From Nitrospirota bacterium (lineage in GTDB: Bacteria > Nitrospirota > Leptospirillia > Leptospirillales > Leptospirillaceae): 64,000 nt of DNA. The stretch's first letter is position 1. Each line of letters starts with the position of its first letter. The DNA lies in NCBI GenBank assembly GCA_021810805.1, contig JAJZHW010000005.1, positions 45,153-109,152 of the forward strand. The letters are read 5' to 3'. Below the pieces are notes generated by a model. That model was not told the origin of the DNA and ran no database searches. It saw only the letters and a list, made by a program, of their open reading frames with translations. A program made the translations under genes and the position numbers. Below, in pieces: positions 37,087 to 46,077 of this stretch.

Positions 37087-37407
37087 TTACGAATGGTCCA
37101 CAAGGGTCGACAGATATCCCGGTGCCCGGCGTACCCAGTCGATGACGAAGTCCAGGGCAAAGAGAACGTCCTCGCGGGAGAGCTCCGGATAGCACTCCGC
37201 CACAATCCGGTCGACGGTGTAGCCCTTCTTGAAGAGCTCGAGAAAGACGGTGACGGGAATCTGGGTTCCGTCGAGACACGGGAGTCCCCGGGCGACCTTG
37301 GGGTTCATCCTGACCTGTCGCACGGCCTTGGGGGGGGATGGCGGCGGAGATCCTCCCGCCTTTTTCTCATGATCGTCCATTTTCACTCTCCTTGATCGTT
37401 GGCCCAT
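37087..37407 (-). CDS. DUF433-domain protein (antitoxin-like HTH), no partner toxin gene seen
   Basis: ...PKVARGLPCLDGTQIPVTVFLELFKKGYTVDRIVAECYPELSREDVLFALDFV, a typical DUF433 core. Confidence 0.7.
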   Translation of the reverse strand: MGQRSRRVKMDDHEKKAGGSPPPSPPKAVRQVRMNPKVARGLPCLDGTQIPVTVFLELFKKGYTVDRIVAECYPELSREDVLFALDFVIDWVRRAPGYLSTLVDHS

Positions 37408-37516
37408 TCGTCAGTCGCTCGTGCGACCCTCTCCCGACGTCCCGCCTCTCCCCTGATCAAATGGGGGGGCTTTCTGGGTTCTGCCTATCCCCGCCCCCCC
37501 CGAGAAAGACTCTCCG

Positions 37517-38743
37517 TCAGAATCGGCCAGATTCGCTGGCCTCTTCCGTCAATCCCTCGGTCCTCTTTCCGTTCTCCTTTTCCTCAGGTTCGGCAAAAGG
37601 GTCTATACGGCCGCCCGAGACCAGGTAGGGGTTCTGGGCGAGAGTCCCGGAAGCCTGCCGTTCGAGAAGCCAGCGATAGTAGCGCTCCGTTCTCTCCACC
37701 GACCTGGCGACATCGAAAGCTCCAGCCGGAAATCCCCCCTCCCCTTCCCGAAGATCTGCTTTTTTCTCCCTCAACGCCCATGCCGTGATCCTTTGGGCCA
37801 GCATCGGGAAGTCCCACGGAGCCACGAGCTCCCCCCATCCCCCTCGGGCGAAGGCCTCGGTCACTCCCCCCTGGCGAAATCCGACCACCGGAACCCCCCG
37901 GGCGAAGGCCTCGAGAATCACGAGGGAATAAGATTCCCTGAACGAGGAGACGACGAGGACGGAGGCCTTGGCATAGTAGGGCTCGGTCTTCTGGAATCCG
38001 GGGAGATGGATGCGCTCCCGCACGGAATCAAACCTCGCCGAGGAGATGCGTCGCTCGATGTTGGGGCGAAGGGGACCCTCGCCCAGAAGAACCAGGTGGA
38101 GCTCGGGGTGGCGCTCGAGGGGACGGCGAAGGGACTCCAGAAGGGGCAGCTGGCCCTTGTCGCGCTGGAAGGTTCCAATCTGGAGGATGACCCGGGCCGA
38201 GTCCGGAATCCCCGGCAGCGAAACCGGAGAGACGGGGGAGGAAGCCTCTTCTTCATGGATGCCTCGGGGGATGGCCACCACCTTCCAGAAGGGGATCTTC
38301 CTCTCGATATAGCCGAAGCGGGCGATGTCGCTCACGGCGACGATGGCGTCGCAGAAGCGGCGAAAGGGAAGAAGTCCCTTGGGAGGGTTGAGGAGATGGC
38401 GCTGGCGAACGACGACGGGTCGATTCTTTCCGAGCGAGAGAGCGGAAAACCAGCCCAGAACGGCATCGATGTAGCTAGTCGTGACGAGGATCGCGATCTT
38501 TTCCCTTTTGATGAAGGTTCGGATCAAAAGAAAGGAGACAATGTCGAAGTTCGATTTGAGCGGGAGGGCCAGACCGCACCCCTGGCGCTGTGCCTCCTCC
38601 AGCAGATAGGTCCCCGGACGGGCCCCGATGACGTAGTGATGCCCTTGCCGGGCGAATTCTTTCGCCTCGCTGAGATGATCCATCTCCTGGCCGCCCCGGC
38701 CCCGGGTGCAGTCGAGGTGGAGAATGCGAAGGGGGGAGGTCAC
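37517..38743 (-). CDS. GT4 (GT-B, RfaG-like) glycosyltransferase
   Basis: ILHLDCTRGRGGQE...SSFRESYSLVILEAFARGVPVVG. Start at GTG 38743 in a GTGA overlap with the deacetylase stop. Confidence 0.8.
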   Translation of the reverse strand: MTSPLRILHLDCTRGRGGQEMDHLSEAKEFARQGHHYVIGARPGTYLLEEAQRQGCGLALPLKSNFDIVSFLLIRTFIKREKIAILVTTSYIDAVLGWFSALSLGKNRPVVVRQRHLLNPPKGLLPFRRFCDAIVAVSDIARFGYIERKIPFWKVVAIPRGIHEEEASSPVSPVSLPGIPDSARVILQIGTFQRDKGQLPLLESLRRPLERHPELHLVLLGEGPLRPNIERRISSARFDSVRERIHLPGFQKTEPYYAKASVLVVSSFRESYSLVILEAFARGVPVVGFRQGGVTEAFARGGWGELVAPWDFPMLAQRITAWALREKKADLREGEGGFPAGAFDVARSVERTERYYRWLLERQASGTLAQNPYLVSGGRIDPFAEPEEKENGKRTEGLTEEASESGRF

Positions 38744-39528
38744 GGGCGTCCCCCTCTCTTCCCCGCCCGGCCGTTTTCCCAGGTGTTCTTGAGAGGGAAA
38801 AGGATCCGGTAGGCGGCCAGGGTCAGGGCAAATCGCTCGAGGCTCATGCGGCCGGAGATCGGGCGACAGGCCAGGGTCATGAGATCCTCCGGCTGTCCGA
38901 GACGATAGTGGCGGACCGTCCGGGCGGCCCGATATCCCGCCTCCCGGACCAGAGCTGCATGGAGAGGGAGAAACGATCCGTAGGGATAGCAAAAGGTGGT
39001 GATCGCGGCGGAGAGAAGCTCCGAGAGCCGGGGGCGGCTTTGGGCGATCTCTTGCCGGGCCTCCTCCTCCGGAAGGCGGGAGAGGTCGGGATGGGTCAGG
39101 GTGTGCGAACCCGCCTCGAACCCCAGGGCCACCAGCTCCCGGGCCTTCTCAGGCTCCATCAGGGGGTGGCCTCCCCACAGGGGATCGTCGGTCCAGTCGA
39201 CCCGCCCCCCCATCTTCTCGGCCACGAAGTAGATCGTCGCGCGAAAGCCCCGCTCCAGAAGAAGGGGGGCGGCATATTCGTAGTTGTCGAGATAGCCGTC
39301 GTCGAAAGTGAGAACGACGGGGCGGGGTCCGGAACTCGGACGCGCGCCGTGAGCCAGCGCGAGGGCCTCAAAAAGGGAGACCCCGCGGTAGCCCAGGGCG
39401 GCAAGAAGCCCCATCTGACGGCGAAAGGTCTCGGGGGTGACCCCCGTGCGGGGATCGACCCCGGGGGCCACCCGGTGATAGTAGAGAATGGGAAAGGGAA
39501 AGGCTCCCTGTGGGAGCGAGGCGATCAC
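38740..39528 (-). CDS. NodB-type polysaccharide deacetylase
   Basis: ILYYHRV...VVLTFDDGYLDNYEYAAPLLLERGFRATIYF...GSHTLTHPDL. Only the last 262 codons of the 738-aa ORF are real. Start at GTG 39528 in a GTGA overlap. Confidence 0.85.
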   Translation of the reverse strand: MIASLPQGAFPFPILYYHRVAPGVDPRTGVTPETFRRQMGLLAALGYRGVSLFEALALAHGARPSSGPRPVVLTFDDGYLDNYEYAAPLLLERGFRATIYFVAEKMGGRVDWTDDPLWGGHPLMEPEKARELVALGFEAGSHTLTHPDLSRLPEEEARQEIAQSRPRLSELLSAAITTFCYPYGSFLPLHAALVREAGYRAARTVRHYRLGQPEDLMTLACRPISGRMSLERFALTLAAYRILFPLKNTWENGRAGKRGGRP

Positions 39529-40541
39529 AGGAGGGCCTCCATCCGGGAAAAGACCTCCTCCACCGACAGGGAGGCCAGGCAGTTGGCCGAACCGAGAGAG
39601 CAGCCGGTATGGTGGCAGGGAGAGCAGTCCTTCTGATGAAAGACCACCTCCCGCCGGGGAGAGGAGATGGGGCCCCAGACCTTGGGAAGGGTCGAGCCGA
39701 AGAGGCCCACCAGCGGGACGTGGGCCGCATCGGCCATGTGAAGGGGGCCCGAGTCGTTCCCGACAAAGAGGGTGGAGCGGCGGATGAGCCCGTCGAGCAG
39801 CCCCACGGAGGCTCCGATCAGCGGATAGATCCGCCCTCCCGACACCCCCGAGAGAACCGAGTCCACCAGGGTGCGCTCCGCGCCGGTTCCCGCCACCACC
39901 ACGGCTCCCTCCCTTTTCTTCAGCCAGAGATCCGCCAGACGGGCAAATCGGTCCGGGGGCCACCTTTTGAACCAGTGCCGTCCCCCCGGATGCAGAAAGA
40001 GAAGGGGCACCATGTCGAGCTCCCGCTCCCGGATCCATCCCCGGGCCCGCTCCCGCCAGAGAGGATCGGGAAAGTAGGCCTTCTCCGTGATCCCGGCAAG
40101 AGGAATGCCCAGGGCACAAAGAAGGGCCCCGTGCATCGCCACGACAGAGTCGGGCCCCCAGTTGAGGTCGATGGGAAGCCGCACCTCCCAAGGCCCCCGA
40201 GCAAGATCGGCCGCTTCCCCTGCCGCCCCGGTCTTCCCGGCGCGGGAGATCCGCGTGAGCCAGCGGGAGCGGTCGGAGACCGTCAGATCGAGAAGCAGGT
40301 CGGGACGCAAGCTTCGGACATGGCCCATGAGGGAGAGAAAGGAGGCACTTCGGGCCAGGGCACTGCCCCGGGCGAGGGAGAGGATCTCCACCCCGGGAAA
40401 TCGCTCGAGAGGGTAGCCGGTGCCTTCGTTGAGGATCACGGTAATCCGGGCATTCCGGTCGAACTGCTGGATCTCCCGGATCAGGGGGACGAGAAGGATG
40501 GTGTCCCCGAGATAGCGGGTGCGAATGATCAGGACCTTCAT
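39525..40541 (-). CDS. GT9 heptosyltransferase-family glycosyltransferase
   Basis: MKVLIIRTRYLGDTILLVP...FVGNDSGPLHMADAAHVPLVGLFGST...CSPCHHTGCSLGSANC. ATGA overlap. Confidence 0.85.
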   Translation of the reverse strand: MKVLIIRTRYLGDTILLVPLIREIQQFDRNARITVILNEGTGYPLERFPGVEILSLARGSALARSASFLSLMGHVRSLRPDLLLDLTVSDRSRWLTRISRAGKTGAAGEAADLARGPWEVRLPIDLNWGPDSVVAMHGALLCALGIPLAGITEKAYFPDPLWRERARGWIRERELDMVPLLFLHPGGRHWFKRWPPDRFARLADLWLKKREGAVVVAGTGAERTLVDSVLSGVSGGRIYPLIGASVGLLDGLIRRSTLFVGNDSGPLHMADAAHVPLVGLFGSTLPKVWGPISSPRREVVFHQKDCSPCHHTGCSLGSANCLASLSVEEVFSRMEALL

Positions 40542-41644
40542 GGCAAGACCCCAGCCCCTCCCACCTCCCGGGAGTGAGGCAGGTCAAAGGTCTCAGCCAC
40601 GGCCTTCCAGACCTCCTCGACCCCGATTTCCTGCATGCATCGGTTGTCGGGGCAATGGTTGGCAAAGGCCTGGCAGGGTTGGCAGGCCAGATGGGCCTTG
40701 AGAAAGCGCCCCCGGAAGGGGGCATAGGAGACGTGGTCCCCCGGACCGAAGAGGACCACCACGTCGTGGCCGGTGGCCTGGGCCAGGTGGAGGGGGCCCG
40801 AATCGTTGCCCAGGATGCCCCGGGAGAGGCGGCAGAGCCCCTTGAGGGTTCCGAAGGGAAGATTCTCGTAAAAGGCAATGAGGGAGTGATTCCCGAGGTA
40901 TCCCCGAACCCTCTCCATCTGCTCGCGGTCGGAGGCCGCCCCGAGAAAAAGGACACTCATTCCCCGGGAGACAAGCCGCCTGGCAATTTCGGCAAAGTGC
41001 TGGGCCGGCCAGTTCTTGGTCGGGATCCCGGAGCCGCAAAAGACGAGAAAGACCGGGGTCTCTCCGGGAAATGTCGACGAGAGGAGCTCCCGGGCCCTTG
41101 CGATATTGTCGTCCGTCACGGTGAGGGTCGGATGAAAGGGGGGGCCCGGAAGGGAGGCCGGGGAGAAGATCCGGGAGAGAAGATGGTTCATGCGGTCGAC
41201 CGTGAGGGCCAGCTGAACCGGAGGGGAGCTGATCCGGGTGTAGACGATCCGGTCGACCCAGCAATGTCCGGGGAATCCCCGGTCCACCAGCCCCAGACGA
41301 AAGGGCGCCCCCGTTACCAGGGAGATGACCCGGGAGCGGGGGCCCCGGGAAAAAAAGTCCACCACCAGATCGTAGCGGCTCCGGCGGATCTCTCGCAAAA
41401 ATTGGAGATAGCTCCGCAGATAGGCGAACTTCCCCGGTTTTTTCGGCGGGAGAACGAAGACTTTCGAGAGAGTCTTCTCCTCTCCGAGGAGCTGATCGTG
41501 GGGCGATCGAGTCAGATAGTCGATCCTGGCTCCGGGAAATCGCCGGGCCAGGGCCGCCACGACTCCCGTGGTCAGGATGACGTCGCCCATCGTCCGAATC
41601 CCGAGGAGGAGGATCCGCTCCGGAGGGAGGCCCCGGGAGATCAG
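40538..41644 (-). CDS. GT9 heptosyltransferase-family glycosyltransferase; start codon unresolved (possible CTG in a CTGA overlap)
   Basis: ERILLLGIRTMGDVILTTG...ILGNDSGPLHLAQATGHDVVVLFGP...CQPCQAFANHCPDNRC. There is no ATG/GTG/TTG between GTG 41779 and the conserved first beta-strand. Confidence 0.75.
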   Translation of the reverse strand: MISRGLPPERILLLGIRTMGDVILTTGVVAALARRFPGARIDYLTRSPHDQLLGEEKTLSKVFVLPPKKPGKFAYLRSYLQFLREIRRSRYDLVVDFFSRGPRSRVISLVTGAPFRLGLVDRGFPGHCWVDRIVYTRISSPPVQLALTVDRMNHLLSRIFSPASLPGPPFHPTLTVTDDNIARARELLSSTFPGETPVFLVFCGSGIPTKNWPAQHFAEIARRLVSRGMSVLFLGAASDREQMERVRGYLGNHSLIAFYENLPFGTLKGLCRLSRGILGNDSGPLHLAQATGHDVVVLFGPGDHVSYAPFRGRFLKAHLACQPCQAFANHCPDNRCMQEIGVEEVWKAVAETFDLPHSREVGGAGVLP

Positions 41645-41823
41645 GGGCGGCCTTCCGCGACGGGAAGGGCCTCCTCCACAAGCATCACAGGGATGTCGTC
41701 CTTGACCGGATAGAGAAGGTGGCAGGAGGAGCAGGCCAGACCCGCGGGCTCCTCCGAAAGGGTGAGAGGGCCCCGGCACTGGGGGCAGACAAGTATCGAA
41801 AGAAGAAAGGGATCGATCGCCAC
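41641..41823 (-). CDS. Trm112/YcaR-family (UPF0434) small zinc-ribbon protein
   Basis: VAIDPFLLSILVCPQCRGPLTLSEEPAGLACSSCHLLYPVKDDIPVMLVEEA. GTG 41823 chosen as start. Confidence 0.75.
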   Translation of the reverse strand: MAIDPFLLSILVCPQCRGPLTLSEEPAGLACSSCHLLYPVKDDIPVMLVEEALPVAEGRP

Positions 41824-41985
41824 GGGATCCTCCGGATGCGTGATGGGTAAAAAACGAGAGAACGGAGACAGTTCTCGAGACGCCGGGAGCCATCGGCGCC
41901 GGACGCACAATTTTTAAGAAAGGATAGCACGAGGACGCCGGGGAATACATCCAGGCCGGTCTGGCCGGAGGTCAGCGGGGAGCCC

Positions 41986-42594
41986 CTAGCGTTCCAAAGA
42001 GCCTTTCCCCTCCGACCTCTTGAGGTAGAGCTCCACCGCGTCGAAAAAGGATCGCACGAGGGTCACCCTCGGTCCTTGCGCTGCCGTCTCTCCCTCCGGA
42101 ACGATCCGGTATCCCCACCCGCAGCCGGCGGCCTCCCCTGCCCTCATGTCCCGGTCGGCGTCCCCGACGATGGCGCTTTGGGCCGGATCCCCGGAAAGAT
42201 CGGAGAGGGCTCGGAGAAGGAGGCCAGGAGCAGGCTTCCGGCAATCGCAGGAGCGAAGAAGGTGGGGGACTGATCCTGGATCTCTGCGGGTCCTCTCGTC
42301 GGGCTCGAGGTGAGGGCAGTAGTAGAAGGCGTCCACCCTGGCTCCGGCGTCGTCGAGAAGCTCCATGATCCGGACCTGGGTCTCCAGGACGAACTCTTCG
42401 GGGAAGTACCCCCGGGCCACCCCCGACTGGTTGGTGACGATGGCCACGGGGACCCCCGCCCGGTTGAGGCGCGCGATGGCCTCCCCCACTCCCGGCAGAA
42501 GCGCCACATCGTCGATCCGGGAGAGGTAGGGGACATCCCGGATCAGGGTTCCGTCGCGGTCGGCCAGGAGAACGGGGCGTCTTTTGGAGGTCAT
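41986..42594 (-). CDS. gmhB: D-glycero-D-manno-heptose 1,7-bisphosphate phosphatase (HAD-IIIA)
   Basis: VLLADRDGTLI...VAIVTNQSGVARGYF...CPH...CDCRKPAPGLL...IVGDADRD. ATG 42594 lies in an ATGA overlap. Confidence 0.85.
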   Translation of the reverse strand: MTSKRRPVLLADRDGTLIRDVPYLSRIDDVALLPGVGEAIARLNRAGVPVAIVTNQSGVARGYFPEEFVLETQVRIMELLDDAGARVDAFYYCPHLEPDERTRRDPGSVPHLLRSCDCRKPAPGLLLRALSDLSGDPAQSAIVGDADRDMRAGEAAGCGWGYRIVPEGETAAQGPRVTLVRSFFDAVELYLKRSEGKGSLER

Positions 42595-43631
42595 CGGGGC
42601 TCCGGAAGAAGCCGGAGGATCTCCGCCCGGACAAGGTCCGGAGAGAGTCCTTCCATGCAGCGGTGGTCGATGGGACACTCCCGAAGAAGGCAGGGAGCGC
42701 AGGAAACCTTGTGGAGCAAAACCTTGAAGCGATGGCCCGAGGGGCTCTCCACCGGGCCGGTCGCCGCGGGATCGGTGGGGCCAAAAAGGGCCACCCCGGG
42801 CCGGTCAACGGCCCCTCCCAGATGCATCATCCCCGAATCGTTGGTCAGGAGAAGAGTGCAGAGAGAGAGGAGGGCGGCGCTTTCGGCCAGGGTCAGGGTC
42901 CCGGCCAGAGAGATCAGTCGGGGGGAGGCGATCGCCTCTTCGAGGATCTGGGCCATGGGGCGGTCGGCCTTCCCCGAAAAGAGGACGATCGTCAGATCGG
43001 GGCGACTCCCCAGAAGCTCGCTCAGGAGGCGAACAAAGTGGCCGGACGGCCAGGTCTTGGCCCGGCCATAGAAGGCCCCGGGGTTGACGGCAAGGACCGG
43101 CCCCCCTTCGGGGGAGATCCGGGTCAGCCGGCTTTGGGCCTCTCCCGAGAGCTCCGGAGATAGCCGCAGGCGGGGCGGAAGGAAAACGGCCCCGGGAGCC
43201 ACCGCTCTGGCCAGGGTCTCGTAGTAGGAGGACTGGTGGAGCCCTTTTTCTTTCCACTCGCTGAAGGAGGGGCTCTCGGTGAGGAGGAGCCCCCGGCCCT
43301 CTGAGGCAAACCCCACCCTCCGGGGAGCCAGGAAGAAGGAGTCGAGGGCGCTGGAGAAGGATCGGGGAAGGACGAGGGCCAGGTCGAAGCTCTCGGAAAT
43401 TCCCCGTTTGAGCGGAGCCGGGAACCGTCCCCGGGGAGCGAGCGGCAGAACGCGATCCACCGCCGGCGAGAGGCGATAGACATCGGCGGTGGCCCCTGGA
43501 GCTCCCACCGCGATCGAAAGGTCGGGGCGGACAGCCCTGAGCCCCTGAAGGGATCCCAGAGAGAGGACGGCATCCCCGATCCAGTTGAGCCCCCGGACAT
43601 AGATCCGGCTCCCCTCGGGCAACTCCTTCAT
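42591..43631 (-). CDS. GT9 heptosyltransferase (WaaF-like)
   Basis: IYVRGLNWIGDAVLSLG...LLTNDSGMMHLGGAVDRPGVALFGPTDP...CAPCLLRECPIDHRCM. Confidence 0.8.
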   Translation of the reverse strand: MKELPEGSRIYVRGLNWIGDAVLSLGSLQGLRAVRPDLSIAVGAPGATADVYRLSPAVDRVLPLAPRGRFPAPLKRGISESFDLALVLPRSFSSALDSFFLAPRRVGFASEGRGLLLTESPSFSEWKEKGLHQSSYYETLARAVAPGAVFLPPRLRLSPELSGEAQSRLTRISPEGGPVLAVNPGAFYGRAKTWPSGHFVRLLSELLGSRPDLTIVLFSGKADRPMAQILEEAIASPRLISLAGTLTLAESAALLSLCTLLLTNDSGMMHLGGAVDRPGVALFGPTDPAATGPVESPSGHRFKVLLHKVSCAPCLLRECPIDHRCMEGLSPDLVRAEILRLLPEPR

Positions 43632-44755
43632 GGCCGGAAGGCTCCGGCGGGAGCCTGCTCCTCCAGGAGGCGAAGGGCTTGCCGATAGGCCTCCCCCGGC
43701 GTCAGGCTCACCTGGCAGGTCATGTGGGCGCAGAATTTTCGGAAGTCGCCGCAGGGAGAACAGGAAAGAGGCTCCCTCATGACGTGATTCCTTTGAGTGT
43801 CGCCGAAGGGCCCCGTCCTCCGGGGATCGGAGGAGCCGAAAAAGGAGAGTGTGGGAGTTCCGGCGAGGGCCGCCATGTGAAGCGGGCCGGAGTCGTTGCC
43901 GATAAAGAGGATCGCGCGGGAGAGAAGAAGGGGGAGCAGGTCCAGGGGGACGCCCCCGGAAAGCTGGGGAACGGCTCTCCCCGTCCGGGCGGCAATCTCA
44001 TCCAACAGGGGAGCCTCGCCCCGGTCGCCCACCAGCAGCGGGCGAGGGTGGCCTCCCCGCGACAGGGCCTGGATCAGCTCCGAAAAGTATTGGGAGGGCC
44101 AGCGCTTGCTCTCGCGCCTGGCTCCGGGATGAAGGACGATGAAGGGTTCTCCGGGAAGGAAGCCGGCCTCTTTAAGCAATTCGCTCACCTTTGTCTGGTC
44201 TTCTTCCCCATAGCAAAGCGACTCCCAAAGCTTCGGAGAGGGGGCTTTCGCAGAGACTCCGAGCGCTTCGAGGAAGAGGAGGTTCCGGCGGACCGCATGG
44301 AAGGGAGCGTCGGGGGTTTCGGGGATTTCTATTCGCCCGGAATAAAGGAAGGGCGCCCCTTCCCGGGCGCTGGCAAATCCCAGAAGAGGCGAGCCTTGAC
44401 CGGAACGTCGGGCCATTCGGGCCAGAAGGGCCGAACGGAGAAGTCCCTGGGCGTCGAGCACGGCGTCGTAGGGGATCTCCCGAAGAGCGGAGAGGAGGTT
44501 CGCCATCTTCCCGAAGAAGGATCCCCGGCCGAAGTCCCGGCGGGGAAAGGCCAGCACCCGGTCGATGGCCGGATGGCGCCGGACCAGGGAAACGAATTCG
44601 CTGTTGGCGACCCAATCGATTTTGGCCTGGGGAAAGGATTTTTTCAGGGCGGTCGCCAGTGGAAAGGCGTGGAGGATGTCTCCCAGGGAGGAGGGCTTCA
44701 CGATCAGGATCCGGGGGCTGGACGAGGCAGCGGAGAGAGGAAAACGCGGGGTCAC
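43628..44755 (-). CDS. GT9 heptosyltransferase (WaaC-like)
   Basis: ILIVKPSSLGDILHAFPLATALKKSFPQAKIDWV...IGNDSGPLHMAALAGTPTLSFFGSSDP. GTGA overlap. Confidence 0.8.
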   Translation of the reverse strand: MTPRFPLSAASSSPRILIVKPSSLGDILHAFPLATALKKSFPQAKIDWVANSEFVSLVRRHPAIDRVLAFPRRDFGRGSFFGKMANLLSALREIPYDAVLDAQGLLRSALLARMARRSGQGSPLLGFASAREGAPFLYSGRIEIPETPDAPFHAVRRNLLFLEALGVSAKAPSPKLWESLCYGEEDQTKVSELLKEAGFLPGEPFIVLHPGARRESKRWPSQYFSELIQALSRGGHPRPLLVGDRGEAPLLDEIAARTGRAVPQLSGGVPLDLLPLLLSRAILFIGNDSGPLHMAALAGTPTLSFFGSSDPRRTGPFGDTQRNHVMREPLSCSPCGDFRKFCAHMTCQVSLTPGEAYRQALRLLEEQAPAGAFRP

Positions 44756-46065
44756 GGAGCCTCCTCCCCGGCCAGCTCTCGTGCAAGGCCTGCCCTTTCC
44801 TGCCCCTTCATGAGGGCGAAGGCCGCCTCCACGACATGCGCCGGAGAGAGTTGGCTCTGGCAGGGGATTCCGATGGGGCAGCGGCGGAGCATGCAGGGCT
44901 GGCAGGAAAGTCCGGCAGAGACCACCCGGCCGCTTCGGCCGTAGGACTCTTTCTCTCCGGGGCGCTTTAAGGGACCGAAGGGTCCCAGTCGCACAGGATC
45001 GGTCGGGCCAAAAAGAGCCACCACGCGAGCCCCCGATGAGGCGGCGATATGCATGGGGCCGGAGTCGACGGCCAGCACGACTTCGGAGAGAGCCATGGCT
45101 GCGGCCAGCTCCTTGAGGGAAAGGGCCCCCAAAAGGGAGTGCCCCTTCCCATTTGTCCCTTCAAGAATCTTCCGGGCGACCGATTCCTGAGGCTCTCCCC
45201 CGGCCCCCGCCACGATGACGCGGAACCCTCGACGGACCATCTCCCCCGCCGTCTCCCGCCAGAAGTCCGGGAGCCAGTTCCGGGTCTCCCAGCTGGCAAA
45301 GGGGTGGATCAGGACAAAGGGGTCCCCTCCGGTCTTCGCCTTGGCCGAACGGATTTCGGAGTCGGCAAGCGAAAGTCCGGAGGAGATGGGTTCGACGGGC
45401 TCCCCCAGAAGCTCCCGAACGACCAGAAGATGGCGTTCCACGAGATGAAGTCCGGGGTCCGGAAGGGCCACCATGCGAGAAAAGAATGCGGACCCCTCCC
45501 TCATCCGTCCATAGGTCGAGGGAGAGCCAAGCTTCACCCCTCCTCTTGCCAGACCGGTGGCCACCCCGGACTTGAGAAGCCCCTGGAAGTCCAGGACGGC
45601 ATCGTAGCGTTGGGCGCGGAGCGTTCGGACCAGATGTCCCATTTCGCGAAGCGCCTGCAAGGGATGGCCTTCTTTCCGGAGTGAGGCCACGCGGGCCCGC
45701 TCGAAGCGAATCACGCGCCGGAGGAGGGGATGGTCGGTCAGGAGGTCGGCACAACGGTCCTCGACAATCCAGTCGATGGAGAGATCGGGCCGGGCCCGGG
45801 CCAGGGCCGCCACCGAGGGAAGGGTGAAGATGACATCGCCGATCCGGCCGAAGAGGACCACGAGAACTGCTCCGTTTTTCGGAAGCCGTTCTCCCCGGAC
45901 ATCTCCTTCCTCTTTGATGCCGGTGGAGACGGAAAGGACGGAAGGACCGACGTGGTTTGGGGAGAGTCTGTCAATGGGGCGACGGAAAGGGAGATCCGTC
46001 GCCCGGGCAATTCTTTCAGGGCGGAGGTCGCAGGTCGGGACAGAGTCGGGTTTTGTCGGGATCAT
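44752..46065 (-). CDS. GT9 heptosyltransferase-family glycosyltransferase with an N-terminal extension of about 60 aa
   Basis: VLVVLFGRIGDVIFTLPSVAAL...IDWIVEDR...VDSGPMHIAASSGARVVALFGPTDP...CQPCMLRRCPIGIPC. Confidence 0.8.
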   Translation of the reverse strand: MIPTKPDSVPTCDLRPERIARATDLPFRRPIDRLSPNHVGPSVLSVSTGIKEEGDVRGERLPKNGAVLVVLFGRIGDVIFTLPSVAALARARPDLSIDWIVEDRCADLLTDHPLLRRVIRFERARVASLRKEGHPLQALREMGHLVRTLRAQRYDAVLDFQGLLKSGVATGLARGGVKLGSPSTYGRMREGSAFFSRMVALPDPGLHLVERHLLVVRELLGEPVEPISSGLSLADSEIRSAKAKTGGDPFVLIHPFASWETRNWLPDFWRETAGEMVRRGFRVIVAGAGGEPQESVARKILEGTNGKGHSLLGALSLKELAAAMALSEVVLAVDSGPMHIAASSGARVVALFGPTDPVRLGPFGPLKRPGEKESYGRSGRVVSAGLSCQPCMLRRCPIGIPCQSQLSPAHVVEAAFALMKGQERAGLARELAGEEAP

Positions 46066-46077
46066 CCTTTTATTCTA

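Noticed and set aside
39529-40956. N-terminal 475 codons of the 738-aa ORF 38740-40956
   Set aside because: Only the last 262 codons encode a NodB deacetylase. The upstream part is an alternative frame of two GT9 genes. A GTG start at 39528 in a GTGA overlap explains the real gene.
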